This document shows positions 61,385 through 64,000 of a stretch of 64,000 bases of DNA, piece after piece. Each line of letters opens with the position of its first letter. Position 1 is the stretch's first letter. The DNA is taken from contig CAWDVR010000005.1 of assembly GCA_963805975.1 (NCBI GenBank), positions 224,001-288,000 on the forward strand. The letters are read 5' to 3'. The position numbers and the translations under genes are program-made. Source of the stretch: an uncultured Acidobacteriota bacterium (lineage in GTDB: Bacteria; Acidobacteriota; Thermoanaerobaculia; Multivoradales; SZUA-115). Below the pieces are notes generated by a model. The model had not been told where the DNA came from. It saw only the letters and a list, made by a program, of their open reading frames with translations, and searched no databases.

Positions 61385-62875
61385 TCAGGACAAATGTGCA
61401 GTCGGCGGCGTTGTAGTGACAGCCGCGGCGCGCGGATCTTGCTCCAGGGGCCCGGGACGGGGGGAACGGCGCCGCTCGAGCAGCCGCCCGCCGCGGATCA
61501 GCCACGCCCAGGCCGCCACCGCCAGGTCGAATCCCAGCCAGCGGGCGATCCGCCGCTGCCGGTTGTAGCGCGCCAGCGCCTCGGCATAGGGCAGGGTGGT
61601 GTGGGCGATCAAGGTGTAGATCGGCACCCAGCGCCGCGGGAAGAAGCGGGCCAGGAGGCCTTCGCAGCCTTTCCTCGCGATCACGTGCGGGTCGCGGATC
61701 TTGTCGCGCAGCTCGACGAAGTTGTGGATCGAGAGCGCCGCGAGCGCGTCCGTGTTGCGCTTCCTGGCGCTCTCGTAGGCGGCGAAGGCGGCGCCGCGGT
61801 CCTGGTGGTGCCGGTCGAGGGAGTCGGCGAGCGCCGCGCAGTCCTCGAAGCCGGCGATCATCCCCTGGCCGAAGAACGGCACCACGGTGTGGCAGGCGTC
61901 GCCCACCAGCACCACCCGCTGCCCGTCGTGCCAGGGCGAGGTCTGGACGGTGGCAAAGGTCGAGGTCGGATGGCGCTCGAAATCGCGCTCCAGGGTGGGG
62001 AGAAGCGGCACCACGTCCGGGAAGCGGGCGGCGAAGAGCGCCCGCACGGCCTCGTCGGTCGAGAGCGCGGCGAAGCTCGGCCGCGCGCCCTCCCGCCACG
62101 GTGCCGTGCTCGGCGAGGAGCCGTTCGCCGCCGCCCGGGCGGGCCCCTCCGCGGGCATCGTGCAGATGCAGTTGAACGAGCCGTCCCGGTTGGGAAGCGC
62201 CATCAGCATGCAGTCGCCGCGCGGCCAGACGTGGAGCGCGTGCGGCTCCATGCGGTAGGAGCCGCCGTTCGCGGCCGGGATCTTCAGCTCCTTGTAGTCC
62301 CAGGACAGGAACTTCTGCTGATAGTCGGCGCGCTTGCCGCGGTGGAGCGCCTGGCGCACGGCCGAGAACGAGCCGTCGGCGCCGATCACCAGATCGCTCT
62401 TGGTGGTCACCGAGCGCTGGGTGTCGAGGTCGCGGAAGAAGACCGTGCCGGACTCGGGGTCGAGACGCAGGAACGACTTGCGGAAGTGGAAGCGGATGTT
62501 GCTCCGCCCCTCGGCGGCGGTCATCAGGGCGCTGTTGAGGTCGTTGCGCGCGATGGCGTGCAGGATCTCCTCGCCCGAGCGGCCGTAGGGGAAGAAGCGC
62601 CGGCTGCCGTCCAGGCCGTGGACGATGCGGCCCCGGACCGGCACGGTGAGCGGCATCACGGCCGGCAGCAGGTCCGCCCGCTCGAGCACCGCGAGGCCGC
62701 GCCGCGAGAGCGTCATGTTGAGCGAGCGGCTGGGGCCGACGAACCCCTTGCGGATGTCGCCCCGCAGCTCGTACACGTCGACCTCGAAGCCGCGCCGCGC
62801 GAGCTCGATCGCGGTCAGGCTGCCGCTCATGCCGGCGCCCACCACACACACCAGATTGCCGTTGCCGGAAGTCAT
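61385..62875 (-). CDS. FAD-dependent monooxygenase, kynurenine 3-monooxygenase-like
   Basis: VVGAGMSG (GxGxxG), RSLNMTLSRRG, IGADGSFSAVR, YKELKIP, LHVWPR, LVGDACHTVVPFFGQGMIAGFEDC, NFVELRD. Alternative start at 62899. Confidence 0.85.
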   Translation of the reverse strand: MTSGNGNLVCVVGAGMSGSLTAIELARRGFEVDVYELRGDIRKGFVGPSRSLNMTLSRRGLAVLERADLLPAVMPLTVPVRGRIVHGLDGSRRFFPYGRSGEEILHAIARNDLNSALMTAAEGRSNIRFHFRKSFLRLDPESGTVFFRDLDTQRSVTTKSDLVIGADGSFSAVRQALHRGKRADYQQKFLSWDYKELKIPAANGGSYRMEPHALHVWPRGDCMLMALPNRDGSFNCICTMPAEGPARAAANGSSPSTAPWREGARPSFAALSTDEAVRALFAARFPDVVPLLPTLERDFERHPTSTFATVQTSPWHDGQRVVLVGDACHTVVPFFGQGMIAGFEDCAALADSLDRHHQDRGAAFAAYESARKRNTDALAALSIHNFVELRDKIRDPHVIARKGCEGLLARFFPRRWVPIYTLIAHTTLPYAEALARYNRQRRIARWLGFDLAVAAWAWLIRGGRLLERRRSPRPGPLEQDPRAAAVTTTPPTAHLS

Positions 62876-62949
62876 GCCCTCGTCGATCCGTTCTCTCATT
62901 CCATCCAGCGTTCCATCTAAGAGATGCGCTTCCTGAGCTCGCCAGCCGT

Positions 62950-64000
<1,051 letters not shown>

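Overview
A very GC-rich window (roughly 70-75% by eye) that is almost entirely one large hybrid NRPS/PKS lipopeptide gene cluster, running off both ends. An ADOP-family permease suggests Acidobacteriota (inference). The minus-strand assembly line (46146 to <1) reads FAAL-ACP, eight C-A-T modules, C-A-T-E, C-A-T, KS-AT-ACP, C, a TauD hydroxylase, then interface domain-A-T-C. A-domain codes read by eye predict acyl-Ala-Leu-Ser-Ala-Asp-(Ala/Abu)-Ala-(basic)-D-(aromatic X)-(basic)-[unreduced malonate]-beta-OH-Asn-... The right third holds transport and precursor genes: an ADOP permease, a B12/radical SAM enzyme, a cyclic-peptide ABC exporter and a VioC/VioD-like capreomycidine pair. It also holds a minus-strand operon: NRPS end, KMO-like monooxygenase, carrier protein, TrpB2-like enzyme, prolyl-ACP dehydrogenase, prolyl-AMP ligase, esterase. 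The strongest finding is that the TrpB2-like enzyme has Gly in place of the near-invariant catalytic Glu (TETGAGQW to TGTGAGQW) and sits inside a pyrrole-2-carboxylate cassette, which suggests a natural non-indole beta-substitution enzyme making a non-canonical amino acid such as a pyrrolyl-alanine. The NRPS genes also carry several palindromic elements inserted in frame, near-identical duplicated modules with swapped A domains, and several single-base frameshifts that are probably sequencing errors. No rRNA, tRNA, CRISPR array or transposase was seen.
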